Shown here one piece after another: positions 36,693 to 47,893 of a DNA stretch of 64,000 bases. The DNA lies in assembly GCA_021325135.1 (NCBI GenBank), contig JAJPHT010000013.1, forward strand, positions 1 to 64,000, in the 5' to 3' direction. This stretch comes from Pseudomonadota bacterium (GTDB lineage Archaea > Thermoplasmatota > SW-10-69-26 > JACQPN01 > JAJPHT01). Every line of letters begins with the position of its first letter. The stretch's first letter is position 1. The notes beneath the pieces were generated by a model, which was not told where the DNA came from, made no database searches, and was given only the letters and a program-made list of their open reading frames with translations. The translations under genes were made by a program, and so were the position numbers.

Positions 36693-37166
36693 ATGGCCTC
36701 CAAGCCCATCGTCATCGAGACCCGGTACGCGGCGCCCCCCGAGTGGGTCGCCGCCTGGCTGCAGGACTTCCGCGAGGACGACCTCACGCGCTTCTTCGGC
36801 GACGAGCGGGGCGCTCGCGTCCAGCGCGTGGGCGACCGCGCCGTGATCCAGGGCGTCGTGCCCGGCCTGGGCGACTTCCGGACGGAGGTGCGTCTGGGGG
36901 GACGCCGCTGGACCGCGCAGGGGCTCATCAGCCGCAAGGGCAAGCCCGTCATGGCGACCTCCATCGTGGGGACCGCCGACGCGCTCCCCGACGGGGGGAC
37001 GGTGCATCGCGTCGAGCTTCGCGGCGAGCCCCAGGCGTTCCCCATGACGGTGGTGATGCCGCTCTTCGGGCGCGCCATGATGCTGCGGCGCCTGAAGCCC
37101 GCCTTCGCGCGGATGGCGGAGGCGGCGGACGCGCAGTGGCGCGCCGGCCAGCCCCCCGCCGCGTGA
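36693..37166 (+). CDS. SRPBCC/START-like protein
   Basis: ETRYAAPPEWV..W..DF; divergent from the regulator. Confidence 0.55.
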   Translation: MASKPIVIETRYAAPPEWVAAWLQDFREDDLTRFFGDERGARVQRVGDRAVIQGVVPGLGDFRTEVRLGGRRWTAQGLISRKGKPVMATSIVGTADALPDGGTVHRVELRGEPQAFPMTVVMPLFGRAMMLRRLKPAFARMAEAADAQWRAGQPPAA

Positions 37167-37173
37167 GGCGCGC

Positions 37174-37491
37174 CTACGGCAGCGCGTAGCCGTAGGAGAC
37201 GTGCTCGTAGGGGCCGACGCTCACCCAGTAGGACCCGGCCACGGTGGGCACGGGCAGGTTGACGCTGGCGGGCTTGTCGCCGGTGAGCCACGAGCCGCAG
37301 TCCACCGCGGTGGTGGCGCCGTCGGTGGACACGAGGCAGTGCGCGCTGTTGGCCTCCTGCGTCACGATGATGCAGACGATGCACAGCGGCGGGCAGAAGG
37401 TGCTCAGGCAGTAGGCCGAGGCCGTAGGGGCGGCCATGGGAACGGCGACGGTCAGGAGGGCGAACGCGAGGAGGATGCCGGGGGTGCGCAT
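37174..37491 (-). CDS. Small secreted Cys-rich protein
   Basis: Signal peptide ending ASA; YCLSTFCPPLCIVC; six Cys. Confidence 0.65.
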   Translation of the reverse strand: MRTPGILLAFALLTVAVPMAAPTASAYCLSTFCPPLCIVCIIVTQEANSAHCLVSTDGATTAVDCGSWLTGDKPASVNLPVPTVAGSYWVSVGPYEHVSYGYALP

Positions 37492-37657
37492 CGGGGCGCG
37501 ACGCCCCCGGCGGGACGATGAGCCTGTTGGCGCGAGAGCCGTTCGGCTGCATCCGCGACTCGTCCGGGCGGGCTGGAGCGCTCCACGTCGCTGGGGGCCG
37601 GCCTGCGGCGGAGCCCCCGCGCAGCCTTTATCGGGAGGAGCCCCCTCGTGCGGCCCG

Positions 37658-37870
37658 ATGCCTGCCATGGTCTTCCCGGCGCCGTGCCCCGTGTGCGGCG
37701 GCACGAGGAAGTTCATCGAGTTCAAGGCCGAGCCGTGCACGCCCGGCTCTGAGGGGGAGCGGCGCTACGGCTTCCGTTGCCTCGCGTGCAAGACCATCTT
37801 CGACGACGAGCTGGTGGACCAGGAGGGGGTCAGGCATCGCTGGACCGAAGGCAGGCACGTCACCGCGTAG
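37658..37870 (+). CDS. Small Zn-finger protein
   Basis: CPVCG...CLAC. Confidence 0.65.
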   Translation: MPAMVFPAPCPVCGGTRKFIEFKAEPCTPGSEGERRYGFRCLACKTIFDDELVDQEGVRHRWTEGRHVTA

Positions 37871-37916
37871 GGACGGCTCCGGCGCGCGCTCGCTGCGCTT
37901 CTACCAGTTCCTCGCC

Positions 37917-38189
37917 ATGCAGGGCGCCCTCGCCTTGGCGCTCGTGGGCGTCGCGTGGCTCTCCCGCGGCGACCGGCGCACTGTCGCGCTCTGCCTCGTC
38001 ACGCTGGTCGTCCCCCTGGGATGGGCCCTCGTCTACGAGCTCGCGCACCGCCGCGTCGAGTCCGCGCGCAAGGCCGGCACCTGGAGCGCCGCCTGGGAGC
38101 GAGCGCAGGGCATGAGGGCCATGGGCGTCCTGGGCGGCATCGTGCTCGTCTGGGTGCTCGTGGCCGTGCTCATCGTGCTCTACGCGTGA
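37917..38189 (+). CDS. Small membrane protein (start uncertain)
   Basis: Three hydrophobic segments. Confidence 0.55.
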   Translation: MQGALALALVGVAWLSRGDRRTVALCLVTLVVPLGWALVYELAHRRVESARKAGTWSAAWERAQGMRAMGVLGGIVLVWVLVAVLIVLYA

Positions 38190-38194
38190 GCGTC

Positions 38195-38548
38195 TCAGGA
38201 CACGGTGAGCGTGTAGGTCGCCACGTTGCCCACGAGGACGCCCGCGACGCTGACGCTGTAGCCCGAGCACGAGCCCGCGATGAAGACGAGGTGGGCCTGG
38301 CCGCCGACGCCGTAGACCTTGAGGGCGCCCACGGAGAGGGAGAGCACGTCGGTCGCGGGGCCGTACTTCAGGGTCGCCGTGTGGACGTCCACGGTCTGGT
38401 CGCACACGTCGCCGCCGGGACCGCCGTAGCTGTACGAGTCGGTCTCGCCCTGGCGCACGGCGCCGGACTCGGTGGCGGCGGAGGCGAGGCCCGAGAGGGA
38501 GACGACGGCGAGAAGGCCCACGAGGGCGGCGAGGGTGCGGGGGATCAT
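38195..38548 (-). CDS. Small secreted beta-rich protein
   Basis: Signal peptide ending ASA; two Cys. Confidence 0.7.
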   Translation of the reverse strand: MIPRTLAALVGLLAVVSLSGLASAATESGAVRQGETDSYSYGGPGGDVCDQTVDVHTATLKYGPATDVLSLSVGALKVYGVGGQAHLVFIAGSCSGYSVSVAGVLVGNVATYTLTVS

Positions 38549-38602
38549 GCAGAGGCGAGCAGGGGAAGCCCCGAGAAAACGCCGGTGGCGCCGCAGCCGG
38601 GC

Positions 38603-39019
38603 CTATGCGGCGGGCCGGTCTCCAGGCCTCCGGACGACGACGTCAGGCAGGCGCTCCAGCGAGGCGTTCAGGTAGAGGGAATCCCCGAAGTCCAGGCGCG
38701 AAAGGAAGGATGCGACGGAGGGGTCGTCCAGGTCGAAGGTGGAGAAGACGACGCCGCCCGCCTCGGCCAGCTCGCGCGCGTTGCGCATCAGGCGATCGAG
38801 CACGACCACGGTGAACGCGGGGCGCTTGTGGAGCGGCACCGGGTGGTGGTCCTCCGACTGCACGAGCACGTGGCGCCCCGGCAGGTCGGGCGCCAGGGCG
38901 AGGGCAGCCGGGTGGACGCCGATGGCGCGCGGGGCCAGGTCGTAGCTGACGCCTCCATAGGCCGCCACGTACCGGTCGCGGAAGGCCCGCAGCGGGCCCC
39001 CGGCGAAGGGCTTGTCCAT
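38603..39019 (-). CDS. Hypothetical protein
   Basis: 138 aa, typical codon usage, aaggcttcatga promoter-like box upstream. Confidence 0.65.
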   Translation of the reverse strand: MDKPFAGGPLRAFRDRYVAAYGGVSYDLAPRAIGVHPAALALAPDLPGRHVLVQSEDHHPVPLHKRPAFTVVVLDRLMRNARELAEAGGVVFSTFDLDDPSVASFLSRLDFGDSLYLNASLERLPDVVVRRPGDRPAA

Positions 39020-39138
39020 GACCGTCTGTTTCTGTCTCGTCCACTCATGAAGCCTTTCCTTTCCCCCTCGGGGTGGTCGCCAGCGGCCGATCCGGCGTGG
39101 CGCAACCCTTTTGCGGCCCCGGCGAGGGTGGAAGCCCG

Positions 39139-39360
39139 ATGCCTCCCGTCTCGGAGCGCGACGCCCAGGAAGCCCTCGCCGCCCTGGAGCGGCTGCTGCG
39201 GCACGACGTCGTCACCCTGGAGGAGGCGCGCCTCGCCGCCCGCCTCGTGACGGGCCGCGACGACCTGGAGTTCCCGCCCCCCGCCCCGCCCGCCTCCGAG
39301 CCGGCCGCTGCCGCCGCGCCCCCCGAGGCAGGCACGCCCCCCGAGCAGCCCCCTCCGTAA
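39139..39360 (+). CDS. Small protein with Pro-rich tail
   Basis: Helical N-part LERLLRHDVVTLEEA. Confidence 0.5.
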   Translation: MPPVSERDAQEALAALERLLRHDVVTLEEARLAARLVTGRDDLEFPPPAPPASEPAAAAAPPEAGTPPEQPPP

Positions 39361-39401
39361 GGGAAGGGTTTTGGGGAAGCGACCCCTGGGCGAGACCGAC
39401 C

Positions 39402-39581
39402 ATGGCGGCGAGGAAGGACCTCTTCTGCAAGGACTGCCGCTACTGGTACGGCGCGGAGGACGACGAGTACGGCCCGTGCCAGATCAAGCAGTCGCGGGGC
39501 GACCGGCGCTTCGTGACGTTCGGCGGCCACCCTTGCGACGAGCCGCTGGCCCTCAAGGAGTACGGGGTGCAGCGCGAGTGA
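39402..39581 (+). CDS. 59-aa Cys4 metal-binding protein
   Basis: CKDC..W...GPC...HPC; GTGA overlap with the GNAT gene. Confidence 0.75.
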   Translation: MAARKDLFCKDCRYWYGAEDDEYGPCQIKQSRGDRRFVTFGGHPCDEPLALKEYGVQRE

Positions 39582-40402
39582 GCGTCGCCCTCCGCCGCAT
39601 GCGCGCCGACGAGCTGGCCGCCGCGCCCGACCTCCTGCGCCCCGAAGGGTGGGGCTTCGAGGTGGAGGAGCTTCAACGCCTGACGCGCCTGGGCGGCTCG
39701 GTGGGCGGCTTCGACGAGCAGGGGCGCCTGCTGGCGTACCTCACCTTCGTGGACCTGCCGCCCGTCCGCTGGATCGGCAACGTCGTCGTGCACGCCTCGC
39801 TGCGCGGCAAGGGCGTCGGCGCGAAGCTCGTGGAGGAGGCGCTCCGCGACGCGCCGCGCGCCGGGCTCTACGCGGTGGAGAAGGCCGTGACGCTCTACGA
39901 CCGCCTGGGCTTCGTCCCCTGGGGCGGCGAGGCGTGGGCGCACCGCGCGACGCAGGCCAGGCCTCTGAGACCCAGCGTCACGCAGCCCATGGGCCGGGAC
40001 GACCTGCTGGAGGTCGCGCGGCTCGACCGGCGCGTCTCGGGCATGGACCGGGGCTACCTCCTGCGCGAGCTTCTCAAGGCGTACCCCGAAGGCGCGCGCG
40101 TCGCCCGCAGCGGGAACCACCTCGTGGGCTTCGGCTTCGCGAAGACGAGCCCCGACGTGACCGAGATCGGGCCCGTGGTCGCGACGACGCCCCGCGCCGC
40201 GGAGGACCTTCTCGACGCGCTCATCGCCGGCTCGCCGGGGCCCCACGAGGCGACCGCGCTCTCCGCCAACCCCAAGGCGATGGAGGCGCTGCGCGAGCGC
40301 GGCTTCTTGCCCAGCTTCCGCACGATCATCATGGTCCGCGGCGCGCCCCCCGAGTGGCGCCCGCAGCAGATCGTGGCCGCCGCAGGCCTGGAGAAAGGGT
40401 GA
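39578..40402 (+). CDS. Two-domain GNAT acetyltransferase (YitH-like)
   Basis: VVVHASLRGKGVG motif A, LYDRLGF, C-terminal DR....DR...IGPVVA domain. Confidence 0.85.
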   Translation: MSVALRRMRADELAAAPDLLRPEGWGFEVEELQRLTRLGGSVGGFDEQGRLLAYLTFVDLPPVRWIGNVVVHASLRGKGVGAKLVEEALRDAPRAGLYAVEKAVTLYDRLGFVPWGGEAWAHRATQARPLRPSVTQPMGRDDLLEVARLDRRVSGMDRGYLLRELLKAYPEGARVARSGNHLVGFGFAKTSPDVTEIGPVVATTPRAAEDLLDALIAGSPGPHEATALSANPKAMEALRERGFLPSFRTIIMVRGAPPEWRPQQIVAAAGLEKG

Positions 40403-40406
40403 CCGC

Positions 40407-41648
<1,242 letters not shown>

Positions 41649-41710
41649 GGCCGGCCACGAAGCGCGACCCGCCGGAACGCTGAAGCCCCCCGCCCGCTCC
41701 TCATCGCCCC

Positions 41711-42169
41711 GTGGCCGACGACGCGCCCACGGTCATCGCCATCATCCAGGCGACGCTGGCCCCCATCTTCCTCGTGAGCGGCGGCGCCATCTTCCTCAAC
41801 TTCACCCAGGCGCGCCTCTTCCGCGTCATCGACCGCCTCCGCCAGATCGGCAAGGAGCTGGACCACGCGAGCCCCAACGTCGAGCCCGACCTGCGCTGGC
41901 AGCGCGACCGGCACCTCGTGCGCGCCGTCATCCTGCGCAACGCCATCCTCTTCGGCGTGCTGGTCATCGCGTTCACCGTCATCACCGCGCTGCTGCTCCT
42001 CTTCAGCGGCGTCGAGTCGGGCGTCGGCACGGGCCGCTGGCCCCTCCTCACCTTCGGCCTCGCCATGGTGGCCTTCGCCGTCGCGCTGGGGCTCGTCGTC
42101 GTGGACGCCTTCCTCTCGGTGGCGGCGGCGCGGCACGCGGCGCGGGAGTTCCACGAGGGGCGGCGGTGA
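41711..42169 (+). CDS. DUF2721-like membrane protein
   Basis: IQATLAPIFL..G, RLFRVIDRLR, three TM helices. Confidence 0.75.
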   Translation: MADDAPTVIAIIQATLAPIFLVSGGAIFLNFTQARLFRVIDRLRQIGKELDHASPNVEPDLRWQRDRHLVRAVILRNAILFGVLVIAFTVITALLLLFSGVESGVGTGRWPLLTFGLAMVAFAVALGLVVVDAFLSVAAARHAAREFHEGRR

Positions 42170-42253
42170 CCGACGCTGGGGGGCCTGCCCCCCAGACCCC
42201 CCTTCGCCGGAAACCCTTAAAACGGGGTCCCCTCTCCAGCGTCCGGTCCCTCC

Positions 42254-42925
42254 ATGGCCCTGAAGGACGTGAAGCCCACCCGCTCGCAGCTCATCGAGCT
42301 GAAGAAGCGCATCGTGCTCTCCAAGAAGGGCTACAAGCTCCTCAAGATGAAGCGCGACGGCCTCATCATGGAGTTCTTCAAGATGCTGGAGGACGCGAAG
42401 AAGATCCGCGCCTCGGTGGGCGAGAACTACGCCAAGGGCCAGCAGGCCGTCCACATCGCGGAGGCCGTCGAGGGCGCGCTCCCCATCAAGTCGGCCGCGC
42501 AGGCGGTCGTCAAGAGCCCGACCATCACCTCGTCCAAGAAGAACGTCATGGGCGTCGTCGTGCCCTCCATCCAGGGCCAGCAGATCCGCACGCCGCTCCT
42601 GGAGCGCGGCTACGGCCTCATCGGCACGAGCCCCCGCATCGACGAGGCCGCGAACCGCTACGAGGCGCTCGTGGAGACCATCGTCAAGGCCGCCGAGATC
42701 GAGACCTCCATGAAGAAGATGCTCGACGAGATCGAGAAGACCAAGCGCCGCGTCAACGCGCTGGAGTTCAAGGTCATCCCCGAGCTGGAGCAGGCGCGCG
42801 ACTTCATCCGCCTGCGCCTGGAGGAGATGGAGCGCGAGAACGTGTTCCGCCTCAAGAAGATCAAGGGCAAGGCCGAGGCGGCCGAGGCGGAAGCCCAGGC
42901 CGCGAAGGGCGCCGCGGCCGTCTGA
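42254..42925 (+). CDS. atpD: A/V-type ATP synthase subunit D
   Basis: PTRSQL, LLKMKRD, KTKRRVNALE, LEEMERE..RLKKIK. Confidence 0.95.
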   Translation: MALKDVKPTRSQLIELKKRIVLSKKGYKLLKMKRDGLIMEFFKMLEDAKKIRASVGENYAKGQQAVHIAEAVEGALPIKSAAQAVVKSPTITSSKKNVMGVVVPSIQGQQIRTPLLERGYGLIGTSPRIDEAANRYEALVETIVKAAEIETSMKKMLDEIEKTKRRVNALEFKVIPELEQARDFIRLRLEEMERENVFRLKKIKGKAEAAEAEAQAAKGAAAV

Positions 42926-42989
42926 GCCCCCTGGGCTGCTAGTAAAATTCAAGCCGCCGATCCCCGTCGACCCGTGGGGAGTCCGGTTC

Positions 42990-44237
42990 TTGAGGGCGCT
43001 TGCGGGTTTCGCGCTGGCCGTCCTGCCCCTTGTCCTCGCCGCCACGGCGCAAGCCGCCGCGCCTTCGTGCCAGGCCGAGGCGCCCGACTCGACGCTCCTC
43101 CTCTTCCGCGGCGACGCGCGCCTCTTCCTGGCCGAGTGCTCCGACGCGGAGGGCGACCTGGCCTCGGTGACGTGGTCCACGACGCTCGCTTCGGACCCGG
43201 GCGCCACGCAGCCCGCCGCCAACGCCTCGGACGCCGGGGTCTCGCGCCTCGTCGCGTTCGACGAGACGGGGAACCACACCGTCCGCGTGGAGGCGACCGA
43301 CAGGACCGGCGCCGCGAGCGCGCCCGCCGAGTGGGCCGTCGCCGTGAAGGAGCCCGCGGCCCCGGGCGTGGGCGGCGCCGCGCCCGCGTGCAGCGCGGCC
43401 GACGCGACCGACCCGACCGCCGCGCCTCTGGCCCCCGACGCCGAGGCCACGCTGCGCGTCTTGTGCCAGGACGCGGACAACGACCTCTTCCGCCTGGAGT
43501 GGCGCGTCGACCGCGGCCGGGCCCCCGAGTCCGTCTCGGACGTGGACCCGCGCGGCGTCCTGGAGACGGAGCGCCGCGTCTCGTTCCACGACAACGGCTC
43601 GTACCTCGTGGAGGCCATCGCCGTGGACCTCCAGGGGCACCGCAGCGAGCCCGTGGGCTGGACGCTGCGCGTCGGCGCCGCGGACGCGGCCGCCTCGCCC
43701 TCCCCGGCGCAGGGGGGCGTCGACTGGACCTCCGTGTTCACCGTGGTCGCGGCCGGCATCACCATCGTCGGGGGCGCCATAGTGGGCATCGTCAAGCTCT
43801 GGAGGAAGAAGGACGACGAAGGCGCCGACGAGCCGCGCGAGGTCCCCGTGCAGGGCGCGCAGATGACGATGCAGCAGCGCGTCGGGACCAACACGGGCAC
43901 CATCGTCACGGGGCACACGGTCTACGTCGGCGCGCCCGCGCCGCGCCCCGAAGGCGGCGTTCCACCCGAGGTCCACCCGCGCCTGAAGGCCCTCTACCAG
44001 GCGCTGGACGACGCGCAGGAGCCCCTGGACGCGCACGACGCGGGGCGCGAGACGCGCGAGGCGCGGGAGATCCTGCGCAACGTGCTCCAGGACCTCGCGC
44101 GCGGCGAGCGGCCCCGCGCGGAGCTTCGCGACGTGGCCGCCAACGCCATCGAGGCCGCGCTGGCCCACGAGACGTCGCCCAAGGTCCGCGCGGGGGAGGC
44201 GGCGCTCCGCCTCGCCGTGGCGCGGCTGCGCGAGTGA
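42990..44237 (+). CDS. Type I membrane protein: two Ig-like extracellular repeats, TM, cytoplasmic helical domain
   Basis: Signal peptide; repeats C.D.(E/D).DL...W and F...G......A.D..G..S....W; TM then KLWRKK. Confidence 0.7.
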   Translation: MRALAGFALAVLPLVLAATAQAAAPSCQAEAPDSTLLLFRGDARLFLAECSDAEGDLASVTWSTTLASDPGATQPAANASDAGVSRLVAFDETGNHTVRVEATDRTGAASAPAEWAVAVKEPAAPGVGGAAPACSAADATDPTAAPLAPDAEATLRVLCQDADNDLFRLEWRVDRGRAPESVSDVDPRGVLETERRVSFHDNGSYLVEAIAVDLQGHRSEPVGWTLRVGAADAAASPSPAQGGVDWTSVFTVVAAGITIVGGAIVGIVKLWRKKDDEGADEPREVPVQGAQMTMQQRVGTNTGTIVTGHTVYVGAPAPRPEGGVPPEVHPRLKALYQALDDAQEPLDAHDAGRETREAREILRNVLQDLARGERPRAELRDVAANAIEAALAHETSPKVRAGEAALRLAVARLRE

Positions 44238-44240
44238 GCC

Positions 44241-44642
44241 TCAGGGTCCGCTGAACCACGCGCGGACCTCGGGGCGCAGGAGATACCACACGAGGATCGC
44301 GACGACGAGCACGCCCGCGACGCCGCCCGCGTCGCGCCGCGCCACCCGCGCGATGTCGCCCGCCGCGCTCACGGCCACGAGGAAGAGGGCCGCGACCCAC
44401 GCCCACGGCCGCTTGCGCAGCAGGCCCCAGCCCGTCGCGGCCAGCAGCGCGGCGAACGCCAGGAGGGCCGCGCCCAGGAGCGGGCCCGCCGGAAGGAAGG
44501 GCACCGGCAGCGCGGGGGCGATGGCCTGCGAGGCGCCCGAGACGGCCAGGGCGACCACCCCCAAGAGACCGAACGCCAGCGCCACCACGAAGCCCAGGTA
44601 GGCCAGGATGGTCACCCCCATGGGGGCCTTGGGGCCGCGCAT
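44241..44642 (-). CDS. Small membrane protein
   Basis: PMGVTILA, GLLRKRPWAW, YLLRPEVRAWF. Confidence 0.7.
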   Translation of the reverse strand: MRGPKAPMGVTILAYLGFVVALAFGLLGVVALAVSGASQAIAPALPVPFLPAGPLLGAALLAFAALLAATGWGLLRKRPWAWVAALFLVAVSAAGDIARVARRDAGGVAGVLVVAILVWYLLRPEVRAWFSGP

Positions 44643-44733
44643 CGACGGACGACCCCCCGCCCGGCCGTCAACCTGTCGAAGAGGTTGCAGGAAAGGTTGA
44701 TTTCCCCTCCCTCATCCTGCGGTCGCGTTGCCG

Positions 44734-45309
44734 ATGGACGCCCCCCGCTCTCCCCCCCGGTGGCCCATGGCGATGCTGGGCCTCTTCGCCCTGGTCGCCG
44801 TCGTGAGCCTCGTCCAGGGGATGGTCGACGTCGTCATCCCCACCATCCACCAGGAGCCCCCCTTCCAGCTCCTCTTCCGCGAGAGCGAGCGGTATGGGCC
44901 CCTCTTCTTCGGCGCCTACATCTTCGTCCACAACATGGGCCTCGCCACGCTGGTGCCGGGCTTCGGCTTCGTCGCCGCGCGCCTGGAGAAGAAGCCGAAG
45001 AACCGCACGTGGATCGCCATCCTCCTCGTGGGCGCGGTGATCGCGGCCCTCGCAGTGGCGGCGCTCTACATCGCGCGCACGCCGGACCGCTTCAGGCTCG
45101 CCGTCTCCATCCCCCTCTTCCTGGGCGAGTCGGTGAGCGTCTTGGCCCTGGGCGTCACCGCCGCGCTGGAGCTTCGCGGCTTCGTCCCCACGCGCAAGCT
45201 GGGCTGGAGCCTCGTCAAGCCCTTCCGCACCCTGGCCCTCCCGGCCCTCGTGAGCGCCGCCCTCCTCGTGGTCCTGGCCGTCGTGGAGACGCGGGCCGTC
45301 ATGGGATAG
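44734..45309 (+). CDS. Polytopic membrane protein (SpoIIM-like)
   Basis: IFVHN motif, C-terminal LAVVET. Confidence 0.55.
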   Translation: MDAPRSPPRWPMAMLGLFALVAVVSLVQGMVDVVIPTIHQEPPFQLLFRESERYGPLFFGAYIFVHNMGLATLVPGFGFVAARLEKKPKNRTWIAILLVGAVIAALAVAALYIARTPDRFRLAVSIPLFLGESVSVLALGVTAALELRGFVPTRKLGWSLVKPFRTLALPALVSAALLVVLAVVETRAVMG

Positions 45310-45395
45310 GCTCCGACGGGTCCGAAGGGGCCGTTCACCTTCGCCGGTTGGAACGGAGATGCTTTTGTCCCATGACGATCCATGGTGATTGAACC

Positions 45396-46343
45396 ATGAC
45401 GGAATGGACCGCCTGGCAAGACACCAAGGCGCTGACCTTCCTGCACGCCCGCGTGCGCCACCTGCTGGCCAGGCAGGGGGTCGAGGACGGCCACGTGGAG
45501 CATCGCGGCTCCCCCGTCCACTACTACGCCGCCGGTCCCCGGGAGGCTGCCCGCACCGTCGTCCTCCTCCACGGCCTGGGGGACTCCGCCAACTCCTGGT
45601 TCCGCACCCTCCCCCTTCTCGCCTGGCGCGGCGACCGCGTCGTGGCCATCGACCTCGCAGGGCACGGCTACACGCCCGCCCCCGACGAGCGCGGCTACCT
45701 CTCCATCCGCGAGAACGCGGACCTCGTGCGCCACGTCGTCAAGGAGACGCGCGCCGGGGACGACCTCGCCCTGGTGGGCCACAGCCTGGGCGGCTGGGTC
45801 GCGACGCGCGCGCACCTCTCGGGCCTCGACGCCTCGCGCCTCGTCCTCGTGGAGGCCGCGGGCCTCTTGCACGAAGGCATGTGGGACATGATCGAGATGC
45901 TGCGCATCGAGAAGGAGGAGGACGTGCGCCGCTTCTTCAAGACGGTCACGCACCGCACGCCCTTCGCCCTGGGCATCCTCTCGCGCGAGGTCGCGGGCAT
46001 GTTCCGCAGCCCCGCCGTCGTGAACTTCATCGGCGCCGACAACCGCGACGACGTGATCTTCGACGAGGAGCTCGCCAACGTCCGCGCGAAGACCACCATC
46101 CTCTGGGGCGAGAACGACGGCCTCATCCCGCCCATCATGGCGCACCGCTGGCGCGCCGGCATCCCCGACTCCACGCTGCGCTGGATCCCCCGCTGCGGCC
46201 ACGCGCCCGCCTTCGAGCGCCCCGTCCTCTTCGAGAGGCTCCTGGAGGAGGCCTTGGGCCACCCGCCCCTGAGCGACGCCGTGCGCGCCCGCGTCGCGGC
46301 GCACTTCCCCGACTGGATCGGGCGGCGCATCGCCAAGGCGTGA
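45396..46343 (+). CDS. Alpha/beta hydrolase
   Basis: LLHG, DLAGHG, GHSLGG nucleophile, WGEND, CGH. Confidence 0.9.
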   Translation: MTEWTAWQDTKALTFLHARVRHLLARQGVEDGHVEHRGSPVHYYAAGPREAARTVVLLHGLGDSANSWFRTLPLLAWRGDRVVAIDLAGHGYTPAPDERGYLSIRENADLVRHVVKETRAGDDLALVGHSLGGWVATRAHLSGLDASRLVLVEAAGLLHEGMWDMIEMLRIEKEEDVRRFFKTVTHRTPFALGILSREVAGMFRSPAVVNFIGADNRDDVIFDEELANVRAKTTILWGENDGLIPPIMAHRWRAGIPDSTLRWIPRCGHAPAFERPVLFERLLEEALGHPPLSDAVRARVAAHFPDWIGRRIAKA

Positions 46344-46394
46344 CCCCCTGAAGGGTTCAAGACCCCCAGCACCCGTCGCCGCTGCGATCCCCCG

Positions 46395-47777
46395 ATGTCC
46401 CTGACGCTGTCGCGCCGCGTCCTCGCGCACCTCGCCGCCCACCCCGTGGAGGAGGGCGCCGCCAGCGTGCCCCGCGAGATCACCCAGGAGGGCATCGCCG
46501 AGGCGCTGGACGCGCAGGTCGCGCACGTCTCCCGCGCGCTGAAGTCCCTCGTGGGGGAAGGGCTCGTCCACGCCTACCTCGCGCACCCCAAGGGGGGCAA
46601 GCGCCGCAGCCGCGCGCACGTGCTCACCGACTCGGGCCGCAAGGTCGCCGCCACGCTGCCCCGCGAGCCGCGCGCCACCGTGACGCGCGCCGCGCCCGCG
46701 GCGCCCCCCGCGCCCGCCCGCGTGCCCGCGGGCCGCGAGCGCGCCTTCGCCGATCTCGTCGCGCTCTACGACTCGTCCCTCAAGGAGGGCCCGCGCATCG
46801 CGCTCCTGGAAGGGGGCGCCGGCACGGGGAAGACGCGCCTCCTGGCCGCCTTCGGCGCGGAGGTCGCCAAGCGCGGCGCGCGCGTCCTCTCGGGCGCGTC
46901 GGTCCCCGTGGGCGGCGAGCAGTGGCTGGGCCCCCTCGCGCAGGCCCTCGCCCCCCTGGGCCTCGAAGCGCGGCAGCGCGCCCGCGCCGCCGGCACGCCG
47001 CGCGAGCGCGCGCTGGAGGCCGCGCGCGACACGATCCTCGCCGGCTCCGCCGCCGCGCCCCTGGTCGTCGTGCTGGACGACGTGCACCACGCGGGCCCCA
47101 GCGCGGTCGAGTTCCTCCACGGCCTCTTCCTCGCGCTCCCGCAGGGCACGCGCGTCCTCGTCGTCGCCGCGTTCCGCCGCGAGGAGGCGTGGGAGCTCCC
47201 CAACGGCCCGCTCTACACCGCGCTCATGCCGCTGCGCGACCTGCCCCGCGCGAAGCTCGTGACGCTCCCGCCCCTGGACCGCGCCGGCGTCGCGGCGCTC
47301 CTCGCCGACGCGGGCGTCCACGTCCTGGGCGACACGAAGCTGCCCGACGACCTCGTCGAGCGCGTCTGGCGCGAGAGCGGCGGCAACACGCACTACGCGC
47401 TGGCCATGGGCGCGGAGCTGGCCGACGGCGTCGACGAGGAGGACTTCTTCCCCGCCAGCGTGCGCAACGCCGCGCGCGAGCGCTTCGCCTCGCTCTCCCC
47501 CGACCAGCTCGCAGTGCTCCAGCTCGCGGCCGTCGCGGGCGCCGAATTCTCCTACGCCGTGCTGGCCCGCGCCTACGACGGCCCCGAGGAGCGCCTCGTT
47601 GAGGTGCTCGACCACCTGCTGGACAAGCTCCTCCTGGAGGAGGCCGCGGGCGAGCCCGGACGCGACCTCGTCCTGCGCTTCGAGCACCCCAAGGTGCGCG
47701 AGACGGTCCTGGCCGACCTGACCGCGACGCGGCGCCGATGGCTCGAAGGGCGCGTCGCGGCGGGGCACGCGGGCTGA
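46395..47777 (+). CDS. Winged-HTH plus AAA_16/STAND-like ATPase regulator
   Basis: TQEGIAEAL..HVSRAL HTH; GGAGTGKT, LDDVHHA, SGGN, FEHPKVRE. Confidence 0.8.
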   Translation: MSLTLSRRVLAHLAAHPVEEGAASVPREITQEGIAEALDAQVAHVSRALKSLVGEGLVHAYLAHPKGGKRRSRAHVLTDSGRKVAATLPREPRATVTRAAPAAPPAPARVPAGRERAFADLVALYDSSLKEGPRIALLEGGAGTGKTRLLAAFGAEVAKRGARVLSGASVPVGGEQWLGPLAQALAPLGLEARQRARAAGTPRERALEAARDTILAGSAAAPLVVVLDDVHHAGPSAVEFLHGLFLALPQGTRVLVVAAFRREEAWELPNGPLYTALMPLRDLPRAKLVTLPPLDRAGVAALLADAGVHVLGDTKLPDDLVERVWRESGGNTHYALAMGAELADGVDEEDFFPASVRNAARERFASLSPDQLAVLQLAAVAGAEFSYAVLARAYDGPEERLVEVLDHLLDKLLLEEAAGEPGRDLVLRFEHPKVRETVLADLTATRRRWLEGRVAAGHAG

Positions 47778-47893
47778 TGGGGTTTCGGGAGGGCTCTGCG
47801 AGCCCGCCGCCGCAACAACCACCCTGGATTTGTCCTCCCGAACTGTTATAGCGAAGCTCTTCTTTGTAACTTCGAGGATGTTATCCTCGGGTC

